Source of the DNA: a virus
Lineage: Duplodnaviria; Heunggongvirae; Uroviricota; Caudoviricetes
DNA length: 64,000 nucleotides
Virus record (IMG/VR): IMGVR_UViG_3300033076_001232
Coordinates: 78,435-142,434 of that record
Reading direction: 5' to 3' (one strand)
This document shows, piece after piece, positions 9,535 through 20,233 of this stretch. The notes under the pieces were generated by a model. That model worked only from the letters and a program-made list of their open reading frames with translations. It was not told the origin of the DNA and ran no database searches. The stretch's first letter is position 1; each line of letters begins with the position of its first letter. Position numbers and translations under genes: made by a program.

Positions 9535-12500
9535 ATGGCAGGAACACAAAATAGTATTAGCTCTTTATTAGCTCAATTTCTTAGATTACAGAAGAACTCT
9601 TTGGAGATAATGAATGGTCTCACGGAGGCAACAGTTTCTACTAACGAAACTGTTAGCATAGAAGTTCTTGACGAGCAGGGACTTCCTAAGAACGCTAACG
9701 TACCATCTTACGGATATCTGAAGAGTCAAATAGATCGCTTAGATAATAACGTAAAAGCACTAGCTGGAATTGGAGAAACCTCTGCTACTGTTAGAAACCC
9801 GGATGGCACATATTCGCAGATTTTTAAATATAGTACTTTAAGAGAACCTCCAAGAATAACTAATTTGGAAGTTCCTAGCACGTTTAGTGTGAAGGATAAC
9901 TGGTTCTTTGAAAGTTTTTTAAACCCGCTACTTTACATTAATATCAATGTAACTGGTCAGATCCAGGATTTAGCTGACAGAATAGTAGTAAAAAGAATTA
10001 TAGCTAACACAGAAACAGATGAGCAAAAGCAGTATTTCGATCTTCAACTTAAAGGTAGAAATGATCTATCTTATGACCAATTTATTTCCCTATTGGGAGA
10101 TAACGGTATTGGCTATTTCGTCGATGAGGATATAGTCCAGCTTCCCCTGAGAACCCTTCGATATATCGGAGGATTTTCTGTACTGGGGTATTATGACGAT
10201 ACGGTTACAACCACAGATCAATTTGGTAACCAGGTACAACAGTTAAGAAGAAATTACAAACTAGATAAACTAACTTATACTGATACAGCATCGGGTGTTC
10301 CTGATGGTAAATCTCTTTCCCCTAAGGATACTATCACTACAGAGGACGGAAGCAGATATCAGATAACATCTGTTAATTTAGATCAAACTTCAATACAGGT
10401 AAAAAGAATATCAGGATATCAACCTATACAGATAGGTGCTAATGTTCTAAATATCTCATCACCTGATTTTGGTTCTAGATATGCTCAAGTAAATGTTGGG
10501 TATAATGAAAGACAGGGTATTTTCTTCAAGAGTATTGATGATGATTTCAATATAGTAGCAGCAGTTTGGTCTACCGGTATTATATTTTGGAGCAATGAAC
10601 TTAGAACAAAAAATTCTAACGGTGAAATTGTTACCTTGGAGAACTATTATTTGAACGAGGTTTCTGATTTTGGTAAAATATTTCTAGGTGCAGCTAAAGA
10701 GAAGCCAATCCCTGCAATAGAGGGATTAACCCCCGATGCTCCTTTAGTTACTAATAGTAGCTTTAAGGTTGTTCAGATCAACAAGCAGGTAACCCAATCA
10801 GTTTCTATAAAAACAATAGAAAGTAAGCTTAACGCAAAAACTGCTTTAAAGAGTGAGCTCGCTGCATTGGATTCTGCAATCAATGATGCACAAGCCCAAT
10901 TAAATATAGGACTTAGCCAGACTACTTCATCTTCAAATACATCTGGATCTAATACTAACAAATCTATTGCTGCTAGCGCAACTACATCACCTCCGGGTGT
11001 AAATAGCGACTCAGTTAAGGCTAATCTAAATAACCTTATCAATGAGAAGACTAAGAAGTCCCAACTATATTCTTCTTTAGTAGAGGAGGTTAGCACATTG
11101 ACTAAGGACGTTCCTCAGATAGTAACTCCACCTAAGTATAGAGTTAGAGGATTTTGGCCAATTCCTGCTCCTAAAGAAGATCCAAACACAGGAACTCAGA
11201 GTGTAATCCAATTTGCAGTTAGATACCGATATCTAACAGATGGTGGATCAGCTCAACCTTCAGAGCAAATAGAATTTGTAGATAACGATGGTCAGAAAAA
11301 AAATGCTGCATTTTCTAATTGGACTGAATATAAAACTGACATCAGAAAAAAAGTATACGATACAAATAAAGGTATTTATGTCTGGGCAGATGAGATTACA
11401 TCCGATTCTAATGTACAAAACATAAACCAATTAGATATTCCGATTACAAAAGGGGAAAGAGTTGAAATTCAAGTAGCTTCAATTTCTGAAGCAGGATGGC
11501 CAAGTAATCCATTAGCTTCTGGATATTCAGAATCTGTTATAATTTCATTCCCTGACGATCTTAGCGTTAATGGAATATCCGATACACTGGTTAAAAATAA
11601 TCAGGATGCTGCTGTAGTGGAAGTTCAGAAATCATTAACTTCTCAAGGTCTTCCTATACACCTTTCGCAACAGTTTACTGAGAATGGTAAGACATATGTC
11701 CATGATTCTACTAGCATAGCTAGTGGATTCTATAATTCTAGCGGTTTAGTTGTGAGTCTTTTTGATAAGCTCCAAGAGATGCAGAATCAAATACTTATAC
11801 TTACTGCTCAATTGAATAACGCTAAGGGCATTCTTGAAGTTTATGTTGTAGATTCAACCAACAATAAAATAAAGGTTTCTAAAGGATCTTTGGTTAAGAT
11901 CAATGCTGGTTATTACAGTGACATTTTCACTAATCCATTGACAACCGATGCTGGTAAAGTAGCCTCATTTACATACAATGTTCAGCTTTATAACAGTCAA
12001 GCTTCTATGGTAGAGCTTGCTTCCTTGATCCCTGGAGGTCTTGGTGTTAAAGCTCCATCTACAGTTTCACCAAATACCTATCCAATAGGATATGATGATA
12101 ATTTAAGATATGGCGATTGTCCAATATCAATAACGTCTCTTACATTGACAGACCCTGCTATTGAGGACAATACTTATTTTAGACAGGCTCCACCTTTTGC
12201 TTCAGCAAGTTCATATTCGCAATACATCTATCCTAGATTTAAAAGCGTCGGATATGACCAGGATCTTTACAATGGCGGGGTAACTAACGCTTCTAGTTTT
12301 ACTGCATTATACGATCCAAACTATGCTTATGATGGATCTATATCGGGAACTATAAATTTTGGGATCAGCGGAACTTATCCTCAAAACGGAACGATCATGA
12401 TACCTTATGATCCATCTAATACACCATCGGTAGTTTCAGGAGCCACAGCTTCTAATATCTGGTTAGGTTCATTCAGTGGTACTACTGGAGGAACCCCTAA

Positions 12501-13143
12501 TGGTGGTGGTGCTATTTCTGAGTTCTGTGTCGATATAAATCACCCATATCTAGTATCGGTAGGTGAGAGTTATTCGTTTGTAAACTATGCTGATTTGGTT
12601 AAGCCTTATGCTGCTAGTACTAAAGTATATCCTCCTTTTAGACATACTCAGACATTCTGGGGAGATACCACATTAGATTATTATTGGGCTCAACAGTCTT
12701 ACCGTACACCAGTAACTTTTGCTACTGGAGCTACCGCTTCGAGAGACGATAGAATGTATGCAGATAAATTAGGATTTACCTCAAATGATGAATATCTAAT
12801 TGGTAAATTCTCATGCGGTGCCTATTTATATCTAGGACCGGCAACGGCATCTTCTGTTCAAGTAGACGGAAGCACCTCTCTATCTACTAGAATGCTAGCA
12901 GATGGTGAGACAAATGCTATAAACATTCCTTTAATCTTCCAATTTAGAGCTGTTGATAAAGCAGGATTTATTGGAGGATGGAGAAAATCCGGGACCTTAT
13001 CGAATATTACATACACTAAAAAACTTGGTGTTGACGTCCAAGTTAAAAACGAGGATACCTTCTCATTTGATGTCCAAGTGAGTGGTTCTTATAAAAATGA
13101 TACTCTAGTTGCTCCTAACTTTGACAGCGGAACTACTAGCTAA
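9535..13143 (+). CDS. Large putative virion structural protein with coiled coils
   Basis: 1202 aa with coiled-coil segments and a beta-rich FN3-like segment (QFAVRYRY...EIQVASISEAGWP); operon context. Confidence 0.5.
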   Translation: MAGTQNSISSLLAQFLRLQKNSLEIMNGLTEATVSTNETVSIEVLDEQGLPKNANVPSYGYLKSQIDRLDNNVKALAGIGETSATVRNPDGTYSQIFKYSTLREPPRITNLEVPSTFSVKDNWFFESFLNPLLYININVTGQIQDLADRIVVKRIIANTETDEQKQYFDLQLKGRNDLSYDQFISLLGDNGIGYFVDEDIVQLPLRTLRYIGGFSVLGYYDDTVTTTDQFGNQVQQLRRNYKLDKLTYTDTASGVPDGKSLSPKDTITTEDGSRYQITSVNLDQTSIQVKRISGYQPIQIGANVLNISSPDFGSRYAQVNVGYNERQGIFFKSIDDDFNIVAAVWSTGIIFWSNELRTKNSNGEIVTLENYYLNEVSDFGKIFLGAAKEKPIPAIEGLTPDAPLVTNSSFKVVQINKQVTQSVSIKTIESKLNAKTALKSELAALDSAINDAQAQLNIGLSQTTSSSNTSGSNTNKSIAASATTSPPGVNSDSVKANLNNLINEKTKKSQLYSSLVEEVSTLTKDVPQIVTPPKYRVRGFWPIPAPKEDPNTGTQSVIQFAVRYRYLTDGGSAQPSEQIEFVDNDGQKKNAAFSNWTEYKTDIRKKVYDTNKGIYVWADEITSDSNVQNINQLDIPITKGERVEIQVASISEAGWPSNPLASGYSESVIISFPDDLSVNGISDTLVKNNQDAAVVEVQKSLTSQGLPIHLSQQFTENGKTYVHDSTSIASGFYNSSGLVVSLFDKLQEMQNQILILTAQLNNAKGILEVYVVDSTNNKIKVSKGSLVKINAGYYSDIFTNPLTTDAGKVASFTYNVQLYNSQASMVELASLIPGGLGVKAPSTVSPNTYPIGYDDNLRYGDCPISITSLTLTDPAIEDNTYFRQAPPFASASSYSQYIYPRFKSVGYDQDLYNGGVTNASSFTALYDPNYAYDGSISGTINFGISGTYPQNGTIMIPYDPSNTPSVVSGATASNIWLGSFSGTTGGTPNGGGAISEFCVDINHPYLVSVGESYSFVNYADLVKPYAASTKVYPPFRHTQTFWGDTTLDYYWAQQSYRTPVTFATGATASRDDRMYADKLGFTSNDEYLIGKFSCGAYLYLGPATASSVQVDGSTSLSTRMLADGETNAINIPLIFQFRAVDKAGFIGGWRKSGTLSNITYTKKLGVDVQVKNEDTFSFDVQVSGSYKNDTLVAPNFDSGTTS

Positions 13144-13162
13144 ACAAACTAAAAAATGATTT

Positions 13163-16100
13163 ATGTCCGGAGCTAAACTTTTTGATTTTAACTCTTCCTT
13201 TTCTGTAATTAGAACGAATCCGAGACTAACCGGTAACTTTAAGATTACCTTGGATTCAGGCGGGAATATTGCGTTTAACTCTATGAACGTAAATAATATT
13301 CTAAGCAATGATCGCTATAAAAAATTCAACATTACGGGTGAAAATAGCTTTGCCCAGGACATTTATAACTACTTTAATGAAGGGAATCTTTCCAATGAAA
13401 TAATATTCCAAATTGGTGCATTTACTAATGGCCAATTCCAAGCAGCTACTAAATTTGATGAGCAGTATGACTTCTTCTATGGTAGTGGAGCAGCAGCTTT
13501 CCCTGATAAGAATTACCAGGAAAACTTTAGCTATTTTGCTCCCCTATGGGTAAAAAATGAAATACCTGATTATTTCGTAGTCCTAAAGGTCCCAAATCCT
13601 CTTAATTATCCATATTCTACCAATCAGACGGTAATATCACCAGGTACTAAATATAAGGTTGTCCAGAATTATACCAGTTCGGGAAATTTTGTAGTATCTT
13701 ATGGGGTTAACCAATCAGGTAACCCGGTTCAATATTCTGACGGTGACATATTTACTGGTAATAATCAAGCTACAACTTATACCGTTATTAGCGGGAGCGG
13801 ATCTGTTGTTATTTTTGATGAATTGGCTAATCTTAGTTTAGTTAATGACGTAGAAAATACATTTAAGAACAAAATACTTCCTAATTGCTCAGTAGTTAAA
13901 ACCTATGATTTAACAGAGAATAGCCGAATTGGTAAATATATTAGGAAGATATTTAATGACGCAAATTTTTCAAATTCTCCATTAGAGATAAGCTGGGGTC
14001 CTAACTCATATAGCTATTATAGAGGAATCTCAGTTGCTGATGGCGTATTTACAAAAAAGGGAGAGATACTTTCATCATATCTTACTAAAGACGATTCAGA
14101 TTCAATGATAGATTTTGAATCTTACATTACTAATGGATTCTACCGAAATAATATCATTTGTCCGAATCTTCTAAATATGGAGTTTTTGTTCGATGATCCT
14201 GATTCTGATGATTATACCATCAATAGATACATGGGATTCTATGTCTCCAGAAATGATATAGCAAATCTCCGACTAAATGGGGATTTCTTCTATGAGTATC
14301 GAGATTTGGACGGTAATAATGATCTACCTAAACCAACTAGAAATGAATTTGGATATTATTACGATACAACACCCTACGGAGTAACCTCAGATAGTGGGAT
14401 CAGACTTTTTTACGAAAATGCTTCTGGATATCTTCCAGGATCAGACGATGTCAATTTATATGATCCGAATAAATTGTTTTATCTTACCGATAAGAATGGG
14501 AATTTCTATAGTCTTAAAAGAGATGAAGGATACACTTCACCAGGAGGTAATTCACCAGATTATACGTATGGGCCATTCGATTACGTCACCGGATCTTTTT
14601 CTGCTACCGGATCAACAGGAGCTACCTCGGGATCTTTAGTTATTAGTAACACTGAGACCAATCTACTTAATTTTACTGGAATTAGCGATAAGATAGCTAG
14701 TATACCAGGAAGCACCCCATCGAGTGCGGGTAGATCTTATTTGGAGGTTGAATTTACTAAATCCTACGATCTCTCCAGTCAGATAACTTTTAAGATATAC
14801 TGGCCTAACGGGTCATATAAAGAAGGGCCTAGAAGATATGATTTAATCCAGTCTAACGATCTTTCTTCTATTATCCAATGGATTGATGGATCTTACTACA
14901 GTAGCGGCAATACACACTTCTATAATCCAATTGCTTCTGACACCTCTTCGATTGCCTTGTCTTTTTCTAACTTAGCAGATGCTGTAAATTCAGCAACTTG
15001 GGACGCAGGAACTAATTTATCATCCGCTGTGATTAGACTTAAGGATTATGGAACATATGGGAATGAATCTTATAGCATTAGTGTTTTTGATAACTATAGC
15101 TATTTCGAGAATAATTTCCAGAAGGAATGGAATAATTCATCAGCATATTCTTTGAATAATATAGTTATTTATAACGGGTATTATTATAAAGCAAACACCG
15201 CTATATCTGTTCCAACCCCAGGTACATTTAATGATTCACCAGATACTTCCAGTGACTGGAATTTATATTTCACATTTTCTAGCACCGGGTACATTAAAGT
15301 TAACGGAGTGGATGCTTCCAACTTAAGTGGAATAGTTTATTTCGAAGGAGGAACAAGGTTACCGAATAATCGAATTCTTTTCCCATCAAACTATGAAGGG
15401 TTTGTCAATGATGGAGATTTTATTCTTACTAAGACTGGAAAGACTAAAATTAAATCTGTTGGTCGATATGTTGACGATCCCGTAATAGATAGTGATACCA
15501 AAAAAGTAACTGGATTTAATAACTTTACCTACTCTAGAGTAGCTGTCCTGGAGGACGAGAATGCTGAAGTTGATTTTGGATCTGATAAATCATTTAACGT
15601 ATATAAATCTGCTAGTTTATATCTAGGTGTATTCAGTTTCTTTGACACTAAAGAATTTGATTTTGATTTCTTTAGTTCTAACTATGGGTACACTCCTACA
15701 TCTGAAACATATAAGTACTTCCAGATTCAGCCCGGTGCTTCCGGATCTATTCTACCGAATATACCTTACATTATAAAACAAGGGCAGGTATCATACAATG
15801 GTACTTTATATTCGCAGGGAAGTATATTTTACGGAGCTACTGGATTTGGATTTTACGTTAACGCAAATCCTAATCAGAATGATCCGGTTGTTGTTTTTCC
15901 AGCTGAATATTCTAAAATAAATTATAGCTCAACCCCAACCAATTACTCTACTATTGACTATAATGACGATTTAAATGCCTTTAACGGATTCATCGGAATA
16001 CAAGGACTTGATAGTAACCCTTTGTCTAGTACTGCAACTAAGCTCAATGTTTTCAATAAAGGAAAATTAAATAACGAGTACGACTATCTGGAGGAGAATT

Positions 16101-18649
16101 ATACACCGACAAGATCGAACGTTTCTAGAATAGTTCCATTTATAAATAAATGGGGATATTCATCAGGAACTGATGCTAGAGGTAACTTATACCGATTAAA
16201 TTCAAGTCCAGCTTTTACTCCAACTAACTTTTCTCCTAGCTTAGATAGAGATACATCGGATCCTAGGTATATTACACATGAATGGCTTCTGTTGGAATCC
16301 CCACCTAGACAATTTCCTGTGGATGAAATGCAGGATCAAAATAGCTACCTGCCAGGAAAAGTCGATTTAAATAAAGCTAGAAGCGCAGATCCTGCCGACT
16401 ATCTATATCTTTCATCGTTTTTTACTGTCGAGCCATCCGATTATAGCAGTCAGTACGAGGATCTTTCTTCTTACACTAAGGAATTATTTACCCCATTTGT
16501 TTATAATGAATCTACAGGTTTTTATGAAACCCTTTTCCGAGGAATTAAAATAGTTCTTAAAAAAAGATCCGGATTAACCGACACCGAATCCGATTCATTA
16601 GATAGGTACATTCCATCGTATAGAGGATATGAAAAATATAAATTTTCTGCAGTAATTAGAGTTGTAGAAGAGGATGATTCAATAATACAAGAGCCAGTAA
16701 CATACGAGATTATTGAGAATACCCAACAACAGTTTATCTTATTTGTCTGCTATGTATTAATGGGTGACTATAAATCTATGACACTCGGTCACACTGGATC
16801 TACCGGCGGTGATCCTATTCTAGATTACACTCTTCTATATTCTCTCAGCAACAAAGAAAAATTGACATATCCGCTTAATAACGGGGATAGGTATTATTCG
16901 GTTGATGATATAAAATTAAGCTGTGGCTTGGATTTATCTCTTGCTTCTGGAAGTATAGTTAACCAAACATTATATCCAGGGATAATTTATTCTATAGAGA
17001 ATCCTTTGTATGATACAGATTTAAGGGAAGAAATTAGGGTTTATTATAATCCTAATTCACCAGGTGCTACTTCAGGTCCTTCCCCTACTGGTAAGGGTAG
17101 TTTTTACGTTACTGATTTGGCAACTACATATCCTTGGCCTACTGGAGTTGCTAAGGACTTTCTTGAATTTGGAAAGGTTGCTACAGGATCTGCCCCTTAT
17201 ACTTTCACGGTTCCTTTTTCTACTTCTTCACCGGTAACTGTTCCTGTTGGACCTTCTTCGGTATATAAGGGAGAACCAGTATTTCAAGTAGAAGGAGGTG
17301 AAGGATATTATGATTTTATTTTAAAGAGAACATCGGCAGCAGATATAGCTAAGAGAGTTAATGAGGGATCACCATATATTACCTATAAGACTTACACTTG
17401 GAATACCTCTACTTTAACTACTGATATTTCGGATAACTCTTTTGAACTTTATTTGCAAAAACCGACTAGAGTGATAAAAGATAGAGGATCAAGAGCGGTT
17501 AAGTTTTTCGGAGGACCTATGACGGTGGGTGATTATAATCCAACATCGTACATCATAGAAAAGAATCAAAATCTTCCATCGACTCTTCTAAGATATTCAG
17601 GAGGATATTCTCCTTTATTTAGAAAAATCTTACATTTTGATAGAGATAAAACTGACACTTTATACGGTGACAATTCTATAGATCTATCATTCAGAAATTG
17701 TAATTTTGCTCCAAATAAGAAGTACTTTGGTATTTCTAGAAATCTACCTTTCACTAAAGTATCACTGACTAATAATATTCTGAATCCGGTTGAAAAATTA
17801 CCAGAGGGTGCAGTTTATCCTCTAGTTGGACAGAGCCCTATATCTATAAAGGACTTCAATATATTTTCATCATCTTGGGATCCTGGATATTATCAGAGAT
17901 TTTTAAATCCATCAAATTTTGTTTATGTAGCTGGTACTAGATCAATGAAGGAATATAAGACATTCCTGGGATCTAAAATCATGAAAACCCCTGATGTCCT
18001 TTCTTTTGGTAATTACATAACGCTTCAGATATCCAGAGATAATGGAAATGTCAATTCGAATGCGATAAATCAGAGCATATCTAGCTATATTAAATCAGTA
18101 CAGGAGATCACACCAGCTAATTCCACACAGGAGATTGGATCCGTTGGACCTTATCTATCGGGGGTAGATTACGATAAGTTAGATCCTAGTATATTCAAGG
18201 ACGCAGAGATTATTTGGCAATACTTTCCGCTTTCTAATCAAGTAAGAGGTACAATAAGATTGGACAGAATTCTGAGAAGATATCTTTTAAACTCTGGTAT
18301 AAAACAAGTTTTTATTGACAATATAATTTCAGAATTTGGTGTGGGAGACCCTGATTCAATAAATGATGACGTCAATAACTATATAGATCTGAATGTTCTC
18401 CCTCTATATCAGGGTAATTCTTTAGATCTTTTTGTTAGCAAAAGCACCGAGAATAATAATGGATTTTATAGCGACAATCTCTTAGTTAGAGGAGACATCT
18501 CAGCTTCTAATAGGTTCCAGCTTGGATTTTTTCCCGACCCCAATTACAAACTAACTAAGCAAACAAATTTAATTTATAACTTCGAATACAATCTGGAAGG
18601 AAACTATAACTATTCTATGTTGTTTAATCTTGGAGTAAATAAAATATAA
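13163..18649 (+). CDS. Very large putative baseplate/tail protein with a CBM5/12-like module
   Basis: 1828 aa in the structural operon. WNNSSAYSLNNIVIYNGYYYKAN...PDTSSDW resembles a CBM5/12 aromatic module. Confidence 0.5.
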   Translation: MSGAKLFDFNSSFSVIRTNPRLTGNFKITLDSGGNIAFNSMNVNNILSNDRYKKFNITGENSFAQDIYNYFNEGNLSNEIIFQIGAFTNGQFQAATKFDEQYDFFYGSGAAAFPDKNYQENFSYFAPLWVKNEIPDYFVVLKVPNPLNYPYSTNQTVISPGTKYKVVQNYTSSGNFVVSYGVNQSGNPVQYSDGDIFTGNNQATTYTVISGSGSVVIFDELANLSLVNDVENTFKNKILPNCSVVKTYDLTENSRIGKYIRKIFNDANFSNSPLEISWGPNSYSYYRGISVADGVFTKKGEILSSYLTKDDSDSMIDFESYITNGFYRNNIICPNLLNMEFLFDDPDSDDYTINRYMGFYVSRNDIANLRLNGDFFYEYRDLDGNNDLPKPTRNEFGYYYDTTPYGVTSDSGIRLFYENASGYLPGSDDVNLYDPNKLFYLTDKNGNFYSLKRDEGYTSPGGNSPDYTYGPFDYVTGSFSATGSTGATSGSLVISNTETNLLNFTGISDKIASIPGSTPSSAGRSYLEVEFTKSYDLSSQITFKIYWPNGSYKEGPRRYDLIQSNDLSSIIQWIDGSYYSSGNTHFYNPIASDTSSIALSFSNLADAVNSATWDAGTNLSSAVIRLKDYGTYGNESYSISVFDNYSYFENNFQKEWNNSSAYSLNNIVIYNGYYYKANTAISVPTPGTFNDSPDTSSDWNLYFTFSSTGYIKVNGVDASNLSGIVYFEGGTRLPNNRILFPSNYEGFVNDGDFILTKTGKTKIKSVGRYVDDPVIDSDTKKVTGFNNFTYSRVAVLEDENAEVDFGSDKSFNVYKSASLYLGVFSFFDTKEFDFDFFSSNYGYTPTSETYKYFQIQPGASGSILPNIPYIIKQGQVSYNGTLYSQGSIFYGATGFGFYVNANPNQNDPVVVFPAEYSKINYSSTPTNYSTIDYNDDLNAFNGFIGIQGLDSNPLSSTATKLNVFNKGKLNNEYDYLEENYTPTRSNVSRIVPFINKWGYSSGTDARGNLYRLNSSPAFTPTNFSPSLDRDTSDPRYITHEWLLLESPPRQFPVDEMQDQNSYLPGKVDLNKARSADPADYLYLSSFFTVEPSDYSSQYEDLSSYTKELFTPFVYNESTGFYETLFRGIKIVLKKRSGLTDTESDSLDRYIPSYRGYEKYKFSAVIRVVEEDDSIIQEPVTYEIIENTQQQFILFVCYVLMGDYKSMTLGHTGSTGGDPILDYTLLYSLSNKEKLTYPLNNGDRYYSVDDIKLSCGLDLSLASGSIVNQTLYPGIIYSIENPLYDTDLREEIRVYYNPNSPGATSGPSPTGKGSFYVTDLATTYPWPTGVAKDFLEFGKVATGSAPYTFTVPFSTSSPVTVPVGPSSVYKGEPVFQVEGGEGYYDFILKRTSAADIAKRVNEGSPYITYKTYTWNTSTLTTDISDNSFELYLQKPTRVIKDRGSRAVKFFGGPMTVGDYNPTSYIIEKNQNLPSTLLRYSGGYSPLFRKILHFDRDKTDTLYGDNSIDLSFRNCNFAPNKKYFGISRNLPFTKVSLTNNILNPVEKLPEGAVYPLVGQSPISIKDFNIFSSSWDPGYYQRFLNPSNFVYVAGTRSMKEYKTFLGSKIMKTPDVLSFGNYITLQISRDNGNVNSNAINQSISSYIKSVQEITPANSTQEIGSVGPYLSGVDYDKLDPSIFKDAEIIWQYFPLSNQVRGTIRLDRILRRYLLNSGIKQVFIDNIISEFGVGDPDSINDDVNNYIDLNVLPLYQGNSLDLFVSKSTENNNGFYSDNLLVRGDISASNRFQLGFFPDPNYKLTKQTNLIYNFEYNLEGNYNYSMLFNLGVNKI

Positions 18650-18652
18650 GGC

Positions 18653-20209
18653 ATGCCAATAACTAATATTCAGTACATAAATAACGGTGATGATGAATCG
18701 GAATTTATCGATAAGGTAAATCATAACTTCGATGAAATAATAGAAGCACATGGCGGATCACAGGGACTTGTTGGTCCAACTGGATCTATAGGTGCTATTG
18801 GTGATACTGGTATCGTTGGTCATACTGGAGTATCAGGTCCAAGAGGGACTAGATGGTTTGCTCAGTCTACACAGCCATTCGGAACTGGTAATACAGTAAT
18901 GGAGGGAGATTTTTGGGTTGATACATTAACCGGAGAAATATATGAATTCACGGATTCAGGATGGACAGATACTGGCTATTCGCTGAATTCGGGTTCTTCT
19001 ATTTTCACGACAGTACAGTCATCGTTAATCAGTGGGGGTACGGGAAGTTCGGTATTATTAAATCAGGTTTTACCTGTCGACTATGTTTTTGTTTTAGCCG
19101 ATGCAACTAATTCATCCGGTATTTTGAATGAAAATTTATCTAAGTTCGTAATTTCTACAGATACCACAGTTAATGATTCTCCTATTTTAGAATTCTCTAG
19201 AACTGATTTAGAGGACGGGACAATATCTGATTATTCTTTGCATCCGACATTTGAGTGGTTGAATTTTTCTTCTGCAGACACTGGTATTTTATTACAGATA
19301 CCCGGTGGGGCTTTTTATGTAGGAGCCTCAGGTGGATTTGAATCAATTTCGAATTCATTAACTGTAACTTCATCGACTAGCTCATTCAATGTTAACTACG
19401 GAACTACTTCAGGATCTGGAATTTATGGGACTGGAGGTATTAATTTTAACTCTCCGAGTGGATCTTTCCATATTATCAGTCCATATTTTAATGTTACCGG
19501 TCCTTCTGGGTCTTTGGATAGCCCAGTCGTTACCACCATGAGTGCTTCACCCACTATACCTTATTCAATTTACTCGTTATCTTCCGGTACTGGAGATGCC
19601 CTCGTTACTACTAGATCTGGTGACTCTTTCAGCAATCTTTCCCATACAGTTTATCACGTATCTCTAGAAACTTCCTCTGGAAAGGAATTTTATATTGATA
19701 CCAAGGGTAAAATAATGACTAAAAAAGTCTATTCACCTATAACCTATTCTAATCCATCATCTGCCTCTGCAACTGGAACAATAGGATCAAATCTCGTAAG
19801 TTGGTACAATATAACTGCTCATTCTGCTAATACCGGAAATAGATTACTTCTCGGAAATACTATGGCTTTAACCCCATCGGGTATAACAACGAGTAGCTAT
19901 ATAGGAATAGGTTTATCTAATGTGAATTTAGTCGGAATAGGAACTACTGGTGGTATAGAAAATAACGAGTCGATAGATCTCAGCGTATACTTCTCCCCTA
20001 ATTCTGTCCAAAGCGGGTATTCCGACGGAATAAAATATATTGGAAGATTTACTGGATCAGCAGCAGTAACCAATCTAGTAACTCTGCCTTTCAATGCAAC
20101 TTCTATAGATTTTACTATCTCTAGAGGAGTAACCGGATCCACAACTACGAGTGTTTATTACAAGGCATATGGATCAGCTGGTGGATCAGGAGGATCTTTT
20201 ATCCTTTGA
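18653..20209 (+). CDS. Collagen-like tail fibre protein, paralog 1
   Basis: KVNHNF motif, 11 Gly-X-Y triplets followed by W, GDFWVDT; paralogous to the next two genes. Confidence 0.7.
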   Translation: MPITNIQYINNGDDESEFIDKVNHNFDEIIEAHGGSQGLVGPTGSIGAIGDTGIVGHTGVSGPRGTRWFAQSTQPFGTGNTVMEGDFWVDTLTGEIYEFTDSGWTDTGYSLNSGSSIFTTVQSSLISGGTGSSVLLNQVLPVDYVFVLADATNSSGILNENLSKFVISTDTTVNDSPILEFSRTDLEDGTISDYSLHPTFEWLNFSSADTGILLQIPGGAFYVGASGGFESISNSLTVTSSTSSFNVNYGTTSGSGIYGTGGINFNSPSGSFHIISPYFNVTGPSGSLDSPVVTTMSASPTIPYSIYSLSSGTGDALVTTRSGDSFSNLSHTVYHVSLETSSGKEFYIDTKGKIMTKKVYSPITYSNPSSASATGTIGSNLVSWYNITAHSANTGNRLLLGNTMALTPSGITTSSYIGIGLSNVNLVGIGTTGGIENNESIDLSVYFSPNSVQSGYSDGIKYIGRFTGSAAVTNLVTLPFNATSIDFTISRGVTGSTTTSVYYKAYGSAGGSGGSFIL

Positions 20210-20215
20210 TATATA
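20208..20215 (+). promoter_or_regulatory. GATATATA putative late promoter
   Basis: Exact motif overlapping the upstream TGA stop, 18 nt before ATG 20234. Confidence 0.55.
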
Positions 20216-20233
20216 ATATAGTAAAATTAAAAG

